From Myxococcota bacterium (GTDB lineage: Bacteria; Myxococcota_A; UBA796; SXON01): a stretch of DNA of 64,000 nucleotides. The notes under the pieces were generated by a model. It saw nothing but the letters and a program-made list of their open reading frames with translations. It was not told where the DNA came from and did no database searches. Where the stretch lies: NCBI GenBank assembly GCA_040386535.1, contig JAZKFH010000011.1, positions 32,001-96,000 on the forward strand, in the 5' to 3' direction. The position numbers and the translations under genes were made by a program. Below are positions 18,381-28,400 of the stretch, piece after piece; the stretch's first letter is position 1, and every line of letters begins with the position of its first letter.

Positions 18381-18414
18381 GGGCCGCGCCGGGGCGCGTC
18401 CGCCGGGCGTAGTG

Positions 18415-19101
18415 TCAGGGCCGCGCGTCGTCCCCGAGCCGCCCGATGGGCACCCCCTCGAGCCGGATCGGGGCGCCCGCGGACCCTGGCGGTACGGCCG
18501 CGCGCCCGTCGGCACCGGTGACCAGCTCGTGCTCTCCCACCTGGATGTTCGCGCCCACGCCGGGCTGCCCCGTGTCGTCGCGAAGCAGGACCACGCTGCC
18601 GTCCTCCGCCGCCCACACGACGGGCCGGCGCACCCGCGCCTCGACCGTCGGCCGGAGCACCACCCGCGCGCCCGCGGCGGTGCGCCCCACCACGCGCGCG
18701 GTGCAGCGGACGAGCTCGCCGGTCACGACGTGCGCGACCACCGCGGTGGTGGCCCCGTCGTCCCACTCCACCTCCCAGCCGTCCACGAGGCCGTCGACCA
18801 CCACCTCGAAACGGACGTGCGAAGCAACGCTCCACACCGCGCGGGGGCCGACGATACCGGCCTCCGGAGGCAGCACGACGGGCTCGAGCCTGGCCCACGC
18901 GGCGAGCAGCGCGGCGGCGAGGTGCGCGGCCTCGGGCTCCGCCAGCCCCGCGACCGCGGCGTCGGGACGCGCGAGCCGTTCGAGCAGGGGGCGGGCGGCG
19001 GCGAAGCGGGGGGCGGCCAGGAGCGTGGGCCAGGCCTCGGGCGCACGCGCCACGAGCGCCCGCACGACCCGCGACAGCTGGACGTGGGCGGGGATGTTCA
19101 T
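18415..19101 (-). CDS. Hypothetical protein (last gene of eCIS operon)
   Basis: ATGA-coupled to the upstream gene. Starts MNIPAHVQLSRVV; beta-rich C-terminus. Confidence 0.7.
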   Translation of the reverse strand: MNIPAHVQLSRVVRALVARAPEAWPTLLAAPRFAAARPLLERLARPDAAVAGLAEPEAAHLAAALLAAWARLEPVVLPPEAGIVGPRAVWSVASHVRFEVVVDGLVDGWEVEWDDGATTAVVAHVVTGELVRCTARVVGRTAAGARVVLRPTVEARVRRPVVWAAEDGSVVLLRDDTGQPGVGANIQVGEHELVTGADGRAAVPPGSAGAPIRLEGVPIGRLGDDARP

Positions 19102-20150
19102 GCGAGCCGCCAGAGCACACGATCGCGCCACGTGCGCTTCAGGCGCGTGCTGGTGCGCCCGGGAGAGCGGAGCGCGGGCGCCAGGACGCCGTCGTCCGGT
19201 TCTTCGAGCGCGGGGGCGGTGACGACAACCTCCGGCGCCGGGGGCGGCGTGGCGGCGAGGTCGGGAGCGCGCGGCGCGAGGGACGGCGGAGGCGGGGCGC
19301 CTTCGGGAGGGGGCGCGCCGGGGGGACGGGGTGCCCGCGCCGCGACGGGCATCGGGAGCGGGGGCGGGGTGCGCGGCGCGCCGGGGATCGGGGCGAGCCG
19401 GGCGCGGCGCACGGTCGGGCTCGCGGTTGCGTTCGCGGCGCGTGCACGGGGGGAGGAGGCCGGAGCGTCCCGCCGGGTGGGCGGCGGCATCGGCGGCGCC
19501 GCGATCGTGGCGGACCGGCGCCGGGGCCGAGGCGGCGCGGGCGCCGCGGGAAGGACGGTCGCGCGCAGCTCGAGGGGCGGGCGGGCCTCGATCTCGACGC
19601 GGCGCGCGGGCGCGGGGGCGGGCGGATCATCGCGGGTCGTCGCGACACGGGAGGCGTTCGGCAGCGACGGCGCGAGCGCGGTCCGAGGTGCCGCAGGCAG
19701 AGCGACGGGGGACGGGGGGCGGCCCGCCGACGGCCCGATCGCCCGCGCCGGCGCGATCTCGACAGAAGTCGGGCGTGTCGCATCAGCGGGACGCACGAGC
19801 CCCTCGGGCGGACGGGCAGCGGAGGGGCGTACGTCCGCGGGCGGCGCGCGGCGCGATGGGGCGTCGATCCGCGCGACCGGAACCGGTAGCGGACGGGGCA
19901 CGGGCGCCGCCAGCGCGAGCGTCACGGCCGCCGCGGGTGACGCCACGGACCGGGAGGCGGTTTCCCCCGGCGCCGGCGCCCTGGGCAGCGGCGGCGCCGG
20001 CCGGGGCTCGATCGACCACTGGCCGCGGCTGCCCGGCGGCCCCGGATCCACGATGAGCTCGAGCTCCCGCAAGAGCCCGAGCAGGTCCCACAGATCGTCG
20101 CGTGTGGCGTCGTCACGCGTGCTTTCGACACCGGCGGCGTCGTCGCTCAT
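19098..20150 (-). CDS. Pro/Ala/Arg-rich low-complexity protein
   Basis: ATGA overlaps at both ends. Short ordered termini (DLWDLLGLLRELEL; LKRTWRDRVLWRLA) flank a disordered core. Confidence 0.6.
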   Translation of the reverse strand: MSDDAAGVESTRDDATRDDLWDLLGLLRELELIVDPGPPGSRGQWSIEPRPAPPLPRAPAPGETASRSVASPAAAVTLALAAPVPRPLPVPVARIDAPSRRAPPADVRPSAARPPEGLVRPADATRPTSVEIAPARAIGPSAGRPPSPVALPAAPRTALAPSLPNASRVATTRDDPPAPAPARRVEIEARPPLELRATVLPAAPAPPRPRRRSATIAAPPMPPPTRRDAPASSPRARAANATASPTVRRARLAPIPGAPRTPPPLPMPVAARAPRPPGAPPPEGAPPPPSLAPRAPDLAATPPPAPEVVVTAPALEEPDDGVLAPALRSPGRTSTRLKRTWRDRVLWRLA

Positions 20151-22162
20151 GCGTGCATCTCCAGCCACTGCCGCAGGGTGCGGGCGGCGGCGGCCATCTC
20201 CGCCTCGCGCACCACCGTCGGCGCCTGCGGAGGGCGGCCCACGGCCGAGCGCGCGTCGGGATCGAACACGGTGGGCAGCAGGAAGCCGGAGGCGAGGCTG
20301 CGCGGGCCGAAGCCGGCGAAGTCGCGTCGCAAGGTCGGGTTCGCCACGGCCACGGGCAGGTTCACCGGCAACACCGTCACGATCACGATCTCCGGGCCGT
20401 CACAGCAGCTGAAGTCCGTCTCCCCGCCGGTGGCCCACGCGGCGAACGTGCTCACCTCGATGTCGACCACCTCCACCGCCGTCTGCCACGCGGTGCCCTC
20501 GGCGTCGCCCCGCAAGAGCAGCATCTCGCCCGGGCGCGCGAAACACGCATCCCAGGCCGCGCCCGACGGCGCCACGAGCGACGACCCCGCCGTGAGCGGC
20601 ACGACGAGCGTGGTGGCGCGGGGGCTCACGGTGGCGGCCCAGGCGGCGCTCCGCGGCGGCGCGGTGACGACGGCCGCTGGCGTGGGGAGCAGGTCGTCCA
20701 CGAACCCGCTCACCTGCCCGCCGCGGAGCAGGCGCAGGCGGGTCCACAACGCGCGGAAGCCGAGGATGAGCCCGTCCCGCGCCCGATCGTCGGCCCAGCC
20801 GCGGCGCACCTCGGCCGCGGAGAGGGTCACCGCGCCGCTCACCGGCGCGCCCGCGGCGGACAGGCCGCTGATCCCGGTGGGCGACGACGCGATCGACAAC
20901 CACAGCGCGGTCGTGCGGACCACGGTCTGGCCGTCTGCCGTCTCGCTGCCCGTCACGAGGGTGAGCGCGCCGCGCGCCGCCGCCCGCCCGTCTACCGCGA
21001 GGAGCTGGCCCGGCCGGAGCGCGGCCGTGCTCGCGGGCGAACACACGAGCTTGCGGGAGGCGTAGGTCGCGGTCCGCCCGGGCAGCAGCGCCCCGAGAAA
21101 ACCCGCGCCGGTCTGCCCGGCCAACGCCCCTCCGAGGCCGGCGGCGATCCGGTCGAGGAAGGGATCGAGCACGCGGCGCAGGCGACGCTCGCGGCGGCCG
21201 TACCACGCGATCTTGGCGGTCCACGCCCAGGTGAGCGTGGACTCCATCGCGCGCAGCGCGCGGAGCGTGCCGTCCGGGTAGCCGATGCGGTCGCCGGTGA
21301 GCTCGTCGAGCCGCTCGGTGACGACGTGCCCGGGGGCGAGCGGCGCCACCTGCGACGCGAACATCCAGAGCGTCGCGCGGTCGGGGGCGCCCTCCTTCGT
21401 GGTGGGATCGACGTAGTACGCGGCGAGGCGCCGGTACGCGCTCGCCATCCCCCGCGCGGTCGCGGGCGAGCACACCGACGTGTCGGGCACGTCGTCGGCG
21501 ATGGTGTCGAGGATCGCCGCGAGGCGGGAACACCCGGCGGCGGGGCCGTTGAGCATCTCGGACGGGATGCCGGTCCCGGGGTGGTACCAGGCCGACGCGT
21601 CGGAGGCGGCCGTGCCGTCCGCGGGGCGCGGGGCGTCCTGGATCTCCTCGTCGGCCTCGTCCAGCCGGGCCTGCCACAACGTCCACCACGCCGTGTCGAG
21701 GTCGTAGTCCCCCGCCTCGGCGGCGTCCTCGCGCGCGTCCACCGGGAACAGCCCCTCGTCCGGCCACGCGGCGGCGGTGGGCGGGGCGGACGGAGACGCG
21801 GACCAGAACGGATCGTCGGGGAGGCTCGGGCAGGTGAACGTCTGGAGCACGTTCTGTTCGTCGAGGTACTTGAACAGCGCCACCGCCGGGGTCACGTAGA
21901 CGACAAAGTCGCTCTCGCCGTCCCAGCCGCGCGGGTTCGCCACCGCCTGCTCGTGCTCCCAGGGCCCGGGCGGCTTCCACTTCGAGACGTACCCGGACTG
22001 CCGCCACCGCTCGTCCACACACACCCGCGCGAGCTGGTACAGCGCCGAAAAGGCGCGCGCGGTGTCCGCGTCCTTGCGACGCGCGTCCTGCACCTGGTTG
22101 ACGAACAGCTCGAGCACCTTCCAGGTGTGCTCCCAGAGCTGCACCTCCTCCGTGAGGGTCAC
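20147..22162 (-). CDS. Hypothetical protein (~670 aa) in eCIS operon
   Basis: Globular-looking sequence from VTLTEEVQLWEHTWKVLELF. Start GTG 22162 or TTG 22168, coupled to neighbours. Confidence 0.75.
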   Translation of the reverse strand: MTLTEEVQLWEHTWKVLELFVNQVQDARRKDADTARAFSALYQLARVCVDERWRQSGYVSKWKPPGPWEHEQAVANPRGWDGESDFVVYVTPAVALFKYLDEQNVLQTFTCPSLPDDPFWSASPSAPPTAAAWPDEGLFPVDAREDAAEAGDYDLDTAWWTLWQARLDEADEEIQDAPRPADGTAASDASAWYHPGTGIPSEMLNGPAAGCSRLAAILDTIADDVPDTSVCSPATARGMASAYRRLAAYYVDPTTKEGAPDRATLWMFASQVAPLAPGHVVTERLDELTGDRIGYPDGTLRALRAMESTLTWAWTAKIAWYGRRERRLRRVLDPFLDRIAAGLGGALAGQTGAGFLGALLPGRTATYASRKLVCSPASTAALRPGQLLAVDGRAAARGALTLVTGSETADGQTVVRTTALWLSIASSPTGISGLSAAGAPVSGAVTLSAAEVRRGWADDRARDGLILGFRALWTRLRLLRGGQVSGFVDDLLPTPAAVVTAPPRSAAWAATVSPRATTLVVPLTAGSSLVAPSGAAWDACFARPGEMLLLRGDAEGTAWQTAVEVVDIEVSTFAAWATGGETDFSCCDGPEIVIVTVLPVNLPVAVANPTLRRDFAGFGPRSLASGFLLPTVFDPDARSAVGRPPQAPTVVREAEMAAAARTLRQWLEMHA

Positions 22163-22164
22163 GC

Positions 22165-23463
22165 TCAAACCGGGCCTCCCTTGGACATGCGGACGTCCCG
22201 CTGCACGAGATCGTCGTAACGTTGGCGCTGCTCCTCGACCGAGGCCTCGAGCTGCGCCACGGCGGGGGCGACCGCCTTCTCCACCGCGGCCGCGGTGCGC
22301 GCGTACTCGGCCTCCCACACCTCGCCGAACGCCGCCGCGCTCGCTTCGAGGTTCCCCTTCTGCCCGAGCAGGATCCACAGCGGGGTGACCGCGGTCATGC
22401 CGGGCCCGGCGGCCAGGAGGCACACGGCGCCCATGTAGCCGCCGGGGGGGCGGTTCTGGGCGCTGTCGAAGGCGGTGGTCAGCCCCGGCACGCCCTGGGT
22501 GGTCGACACGGCGAGGGCATAGAACCCGGTCGCCTGGAGCTGCTCGAGGAAGGTGATGACCGCCTGGATGGCCTCGGCGATGTCGAGGAGCACCTGCACC
22601 TTGGTGCGGAGCGCCTCGATCAACTTCTTGATGAGCCCGATGAGGTTGTCGACATCGCGGAGCAGCCCCTCGAGCTTCGACGCGAGGTCCGTGAGCTTGC
22701 GCAAGACGGGGAACAGGTCCGCGAGGGTGCGGCTCTCCCAGTCGGGGGCCACCGACTCCGCGTAGAGGGCCTGGCCGTCGGGATCGGGGGTGTTCGGCGC
22801 GGCCTTCCAGTTCTCGAACGCGGCGACGAAGGGCCGGATGCTCAGCAGCTTTCCGAGCAGATACAGCAGGTTGCGCAACACTTCGGGGTTGGCCGCCGCC
22901 GCGGCGAGGAACACCGCCTCGATCGTGGCGCCGGTGGAGACCTGGGGGCGGTCCTCGTCCCCCACGTCGTCGAAGGAGGCCCGGAACGTCGCGGCCCACG
23001 CGGCGTACGCGTCGGGGGCGGGCGGGGGCGGCGGCTCCTCCTGGAAGCCCGCCACGAAGGTCTTGACCGGCGTGGTGGGGTACCCGAGGGACGCCCACCC
23101 GGGCCAGGCGCTGGTGATTCCGGGCGCGTGGGCGAAGGCGTACACCCCCGTCGCGAGCAGATCGTCGATGATCTTCTTGAGGATGGCCACGGCCGCCATC
23201 ACCAGCGCGGTGATGGGGTTGGGCATGGCGAGCAGGATGGCGGCGATGATGTCGAGCACCGTCGCGATGGCCTGGAGCACGCCCACGACCGTGTCGATGA
23301 CGGGCTTGGCGCCCTTGGCCATGTCGCCGACGCCGGGGATGTCCCCGAGGGTCAGCGACTCCCAACGCAGCCCGCCGCCGGCGTCCACGGGGGCGCCGTC
23401 CGGATCGCAGCAGGCCGCCTGGAGGGCGGCCGCGTCAGGCGTAGCGACGCCGTGGGTTGACAC
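22165..23463 (-). CDS. Helical protein with internal duplication, spike-associated
   Basis: 432 aa. Two WESxTLxD...LxATGxYA units with long hydrophobic/amphipathic helices. Confidence 0.8.
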   Translation of the reverse strand: MSTHGVATPDAAALQAACCDPDGAPVDAGGGLRWESLTLGDIPGVGDMAKGAKPVIDTVVGVLQAIATVLDIIAAILLAMPNPITALVMAAVAILKKIIDDLLATGVYAFAHAPGITSAWPGWASLGYPTTPVKTFVAGFQEEPPPPPAPDAYAAWAATFRASFDDVGDEDRPQVSTGATIEAVFLAAAAANPEVLRNLLYLLGKLLSIRPFVAAFENWKAAPNTPDPDGQALYAESVAPDWESRTLADLFPVLRKLTDLASKLEGLLRDVDNLIGLIKKLIEALRTKVQVLLDIAEAIQAVITFLEQLQATGFYALAVSTTQGVPGLTTAFDSAQNRPPGGYMGAVCLLAAGPGMTAVTPLWILLGQKGNLEASAAAFGEVWEAEYARTAAAVEKAVAPAVAQLEASVEEQRQRYDDLVQRDVRMSKGGPV

Positions 23464-23626
23464 GGGCTTGCTCCTTCGGGTCGGGGACGAGGCTGGTGAG
23501 CGCTTCGACCTGCTCGGTCTGCTGCGCCGCCACCACGGCGGCGGCGTCCTCGACGTTCTTCTTCGCGGTCCTCAAACGGGCGATGAGCTCGGACAGGTCG
23601 AGGGGGGTCCACACGGGTTCGGCCAT
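23435..23626 (-). CDS. Small coiled-coil protein
   Basis: 63 aa, starts 3 nt after the spike stop, operon-consistent codon usage. Confidence 0.65.
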   Translation of the reverse strand: MAEPVWTPLDLSELIARLRTAKKNVEDAAAVVAAQQTEQVEALTSLVPDPKEQARVNPRRRYA

Positions 23627-23629
23627 CGC

Positions 23630-24865
23630 TCACCCCACCGGCAGGCGCTTGACGAGCGCGAACAACGACCAGTCCATGAGCGGGGTCAACGTGGCCCACA
23701 CGTCGAGCGCCGGGCCGTAGCCGGGCATCGTCAACGGGTTCACCGCCTTCATGATCTGGCTCATCATCGTGAGGTGGAGCATCAGCCCGTCGCCGATGAC
23801 CACGGGGGAGGTCGCCAACAGGCCGCCGAGCTGGAGGAACCCGAGCTTGGTGTTGATGGAGATGTTGCCGATGGCCGCGTCGATGGAGATCGCGGTGAGG
23901 GAAGGCGGGAGCAGCGGAGGCCCGGCGGCGATGCTGACGCCGGTGCCGCCGAGCATGTTGAGCGAGGAGGCCGCGGTCAGGCCGATCCCGCCGCCCGCGG
24001 ACAGGTCGATGGTGCCGCCTGTCTTGAGAACCTCGGCGCCGTCGAGCTCGCGGGCGTGGGTGCCCTTGATGCGCTCGACCGTGCCCGTCGCATCCACCGT
24101 GCGCACGTAGCGGTCGGTCCCGATCTCCTCGCGGAAGTCGCCCCCGACGCGCACCGTGCGGTTGTCGAGCACCTCGAGCAGGTCGTTGCGCTCCACCAGC
24201 GTGGTGCGCGAGCCGGTGGTGCGCGTGGTGTCGTCGCGGTCCACCCGCGTGGTGCGCGCGCCGCGGACGACCGTGCGCTGGTTGTGGAGCAGCTCGTCGA
24301 GCCCCGAGGAGGTGAGGACCACGCGGTTGCCGGAGGCGTCGCGGATCTCGAGGCGCGGCTCGCGGCCGTCCGTCATGCGGTCGTCCAGCACGATGATGTG
24401 CCCCGTGGCCGACTTCCAGACGCGCACGCCGGGGGTGGCCACCTCGCTCGGGGTGCCGGTGGTGGGCACCTCCGACGGTGCCGGGGGCGGCTCGGCCTGC
24501 CCGGCGGGCGTCGGGAAGGCGCGCCGTACGGGGCGGGCGGTGGAGTCGGGCTGGCCCCGATCTTCGGCCGTCGGCGCGCCCCACCACGTGCCGGTCCAGA
24601 TCGGGCGCGACAGGTCGCCGGCCTCGAACTCGATCCACACGGCGGCGCCCGGATCGGGGATGGTGAAGAACCCCTGGTCGGGCCCGGCGTACGGCGCGCA
24701 CGGGAGCGCCCAGCCGGTCGGCGCGTCGCCGAGGAGGCGGGGGACGATCGCGCGGATGCGCCCCTGCTGTTTCGGGTCGTCCACCTCGGTCACGTAGCCG
24801 CGGTACTTGCCGTAGTACCGGTTCTCCAGGCGATCGACGAGGCGTTCGAGCAGCTCGTCGGTCAC
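23630..24865 (-). CDS. Spike protein (gp5/gpV OB-fold plus beta-helix; VgrG C-half)
   Basis: RYYGKYRGYVTEVDDPKQQGRIRAIVP...GWALPCAPYAG...GFFTIPDPGAAVWIEFEAGDLSRPIWTG, then 8-residue gp5-type repeats. GTG start overlaps the upstream stop. Confidence 0.92.
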   Translation of the reverse strand: MTDELLERLVDRLENRYYGKYRGYVTEVDDPKQQGRIRAIVPRLLGDAPTGWALPCAPYAGPDQGFFTIPDPGAAVWIEFEAGDLSRPIWTGTWWGAPTAEDRGQPDSTARPVRRAFPTPAGQAEPPPAPSEVPTTGTPSEVATPGVRVWKSATGHIIVLDDRMTDGREPRLEIRDASGNRVVLTSSGLDELLHNQRTVVRGARTTRVDRDDTTRTTGSRTTLVERNDLLEVLDNRTVRVGGDFREEIGTDRYVRTVDATGTVERIKGTHARELDGAEVLKTGGTIDLSAGGGIGLTAASSLNMLGGTGVSIAAGPPLLPPSLTAISIDAAIGNISINTKLGFLQLGGLLATSPVVIGDGLMLHLTMMSQIMKAVNPLTMPGYGPALDVWATLTPLMDWSLFALVKRLPVG

Positions 24866-25074
24866 GACACCCCCGCCGAGCGCGCGTCGTACGGGCGCAG
24901 CATGGAGATGTCGGTGAGGCGCACGTGCGCGCGGGACACCCCGTCGGGGGCGATCAGCTCCACCACGTCGTCCTCGATGGTGCCCACCCGGCCCACGTGG
25001 ACATGGCCCTGGGTCGTGTAGACGTACACCCGCAGGTTGCGGTAGGTCCGCTCGAGCAGCTCGCGGACGTTCAC
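24862..25074 (-). CDS. 70-aa protein, Sm/LSm-like fold candidate
   Basis: Helix then VYVYTTQGHVHVGRVGTIEDDVVEL...HVRLTDISML. GTGA overlaps at both ends. Confidence 0.65.
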   Translation of the reverse strand: MNVRELLERTYRNLRVYVYTTQGHVHVGRVGTIEDDVVELIAPDGVSRAHVRLTDISMLRPYDARSAGVS

Positions 25075-25400
25075 CGCTGGCCCACGCGCAACGCGAAGCG
25101 CTGGGCGAGCTCCAGGTGGCGCGCGCCGGACTGCTCCTCCTGGACCAAGCGCTCCGTCGCGAGGCGGGAATGCCCGGCGCGCACGCGCTCCTCCAGCGTG
25201 TCGGGGGTGGGCAGCGCCCGCGTGATGCGCCCGCGGAGCGCCTCGGCGAGGGCGGTGCGCGCCTGGGCGGTCGCGACGAGGCCACGCACGTGCTCGTGCA
25301 CCCCCGCGACATCCCCGACGGGGAGCGTGGCGACGAGGCGCGGCCCGTCCACCCGCGGGGTGGCGGCGGGCTGGCGGTTGGTGCGGAAGAAGTCAGCCAT
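25071..25400 (-). CDS. Hypothetical helical protein
   Basis: 109 aa, coupled to the downstream gene, GGGGA RBS-like sequence. Confidence 0.65.
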   Translation of the reverse strand: MADFFRTNRQPAATPRVDGPRLVATLPVGDVAGVHEHVRGLVATAQARTALAEALRGRITRALPTPDTLEERVRAGHSRLATERLVQEEQSGARHLELAQRFALRVGQR

Positions 25401-25409
25401 GGGGGTCCC

Positions 25410-28400
25410 CTAAGGGTTGAGCTCGACGGAGCCGTCCGCGCCGACGACCAGGACGCCCGCGGTGGTGGCGTTGCCCATCGCCGCGACCTTGGTGCCGCCG
25501 ACGACGACGAGGGAGTAGCGTGCCGCGCTTGCGCCGGACACGGTCGCGAGGGCCGGACCGCTCGACTCGATGCGGGTGAGGATGGCGGCCAGGGCATCCG
25601 CGGCGGCGGGCGCGCTGGGCGTGGGGGTGCCGGTGGGGGTGGTGGGCGGCGTGCCGGAGGCGCTGGACGCCGACTCGACGGCCCGCCCCGCCGATCCGGC
25701 GAGGCCCCGGGTCAGGACGGTGGAGAGCTTCGACACCGGCTGATCCCGCGCCAGGAACAAGCTCGCGAGCTTGTTCTCCCGCGGCGCGGGGGCCCCCGCG
25801 GTCGCCGTCTCCGACGCCTTCGCGAGCAACGGGATGAACACCATGCTGCCGGACGGGGTGGGCGATCCGGGGCCGGCCCCGCCCGCGCCGCCCGTCGGCA
25901 GCGTGTACTGCACGAGCGGCTGCCTGATGACGCCCAGCACCTCGGCGAGCTCCTTGGGATGGAGCGGCACGGACACGGTGGTCCCGTCCGCGAGGGGCAC
26001 GCCCACCGACACGTTGGAGGGCCGCATCGGCCGCACCGGCGCCGCCACGGGCTCGGCGCCGAGGATGACGTTCGCCGAGGCGGTCACCGGGGCGTCGTCC
26101 GCCACGATGAGCACGACGTTGACCGCGTTTCCGGCCTGGCACCGGTTGCCGACGAACACGGTCGCGTCCGTATGGCGCAGGTAGGCCGCGCCGGTCCGGC
26201 CCTCGCTCCGCAGCGAGTTTCCGGTGACGGTGGTGGAGAGGACATCGGCGCCCTCGCCGAGCGCGAGCAGGGCCGGGCCGGGCGAGGACAGGTCGTTCCC
26301 CTCGATGTGGATGGAGCGCCACGCCGGGGGCGGGCTGAACCGGATGATGGGCAGCGGGCGCCGGACGAAGTCGAGCAGCCCGGGCCGCACCAGGGCGGTG
26401 TCGAACGTGTACGCGCGGGCGGGCGCCGCCTTGATCGACGGGCTCACCCGCAGCGAGCGGTTGATGGCTTGTCCGCTGCCGATGATCTGCTTGAAGCCGC
26501 CGAGCTCCACGTCGTGCGTGGGGCCGGCCACCTCCGGCTTCGCGGGCATCGCCGCTTTCACCGGCTCCACGGTGAGGAACGCCGCGCGGCAGAGCCGCTC
26601 GACCAGGGTGGCGCTCCCGGGCGTCTCGAGCACGAGCACCAGCGCCGCCCCGCCGCCCCCACCGCCGCCGTGGCGGAGCACGTTGCCGGTGACGGTGAGG
26701 TCGCCGCGCCATTCGAGGTGCGCCTCGTGCAGCAGCGAGCCGGGCGTGTCGTTGCCGTTGCCCTGGCTGCGGTTGCCCTGGACGACGAGCTGCCCGCTGC
26801 CCCGCGCGCGGAGCATGGCCTGGGGCCCCTCGAGCAGGCCCGCGCCGCCCTCGCCGCCCGACCCCTGCACCTGGTTCTGGGCGAGCGTGACCTGGCTGTT
26901 CCCGTCGGTCACCGCCTCGATCCCGGTCAACACGGCGCCGCGCACCTGGTTGTCGAGGATGTCGAGGTGCCCGCCCTCGGTCGAGCCGCCGCCGAGCGCG
27001 TGGGCGGTGCCGCCGGCGGTCGCCACGCCGTTGACCACCTGATCGATCACGTTCCGCGTGATGCGCACGCTCGCGCCACCCCCCACGACCAGCACGCCGT
27101 GCGCCGGCGAGAACCGGCCGCGTGCGTCGAGGCGCAGCGACTCGGCCAGATCGGTGGCGCTCGCGGCCGCCATGTCCTCCAGCCGCGCGCGCAGGCCCCC
27201 CAGCAGCTCCTCGCGCGTGCTCGTGGCCTTGAGCGTCTCGCGGACCGAGACGGAGAGCAGGCGCGTGGCGGCGGCGCCGTCCAACACGCGGCGCGCGGAC
27301 GCGGGCGCATCCGCGATGCCGGGCTCCAGCGCCGCGGTCATCGTCTCGAGCAGCACCTCGGTGGCGCCGACCTCGTCGGAGTCGAGGGTGGACTTCCGCG
27401 CGACCAGCCCGAGATCCCGCGCCATCAGGTGCAGGGCGCCCGCCGGGTTCGCGCCGCCCGAGCGGTTGATGACGTGCTCGGCGTTCAGGTCGACCGTGGC
27501 CTTGGCCGCGGTGAGGGTGGCAGCGTCGGTCCCCGCGCCCTGCGCCGCGAGCTCGAGCCGCGCCCGGTACTGGGTCACCTCCTCGCGCGTGGCGGGCTCG
27601 TCCAGCCGCCGGAGGATCCACGCCCCGAGGCCGGCGAGGCGCTTCGACGCCAGGGGCCCCGCGCCGCTCGCGGGGTCGTCCACGGGCGCGAGGAGGCTCC
27701 GGATGGCCAGCCGCGACACGACCGGCGGGCGCACCGGGAGGCGCGTCACGGGGGCGACGACGCGGGACACCCGGTTCTCGGCGATCTCGACCTCCGTGCA
27801 CGCGCACGTGGCGATGCCCGCGGTGCGCACCTCGACGGCGGCCGACGCGAGCGGGGAGCCCACGCCGTCGACCTGGTTGCCCCACACCTGCACCCCGTCC
27901 GCGCGGCACACGGCGATCGCAGCGCGCAACGTCTGGAGCTCCGCGCGGCGGAGCGCGCCGTCCAGGCCGCCGCGGACGGAGCCGCCCAGCGCCACGATCG
28001 CGCCCAAGAGCGCGTGCGACCGGGACAGGTCCGTCGCGTCCGGCGTGGCGGCGAGCCGGCGGGACAGCTCGGCGTCCACCTCGGCGAGCTCCGCGAGCAC
28101 GCTCTCTCGCGAGAGCCCGCCGTCGGCGAAGGGGGCGCGCGCCACGTCCTCGATGACGTTGTCCGCGATGACCAGCTCGCCCGCGGCGGCGCTGGTGCCG
28201 AGCACGCGCACCGCGGCGTCGCCCAGCTTGCGCACCCGGTTGTCGCAGATCCGGACGCCGCGGATCACCTGGGGCCCGCCGACCGCGATGCCGATGTCCA
28301 GGCTGGCGGCGCCGACACCCGACAGGTCGTTGCCGTTGACCTCCACGGCGTCCACCGACGGGCCCGGATCGCCGTCGTCCAGCCCGTCGCCGACGAGCAC

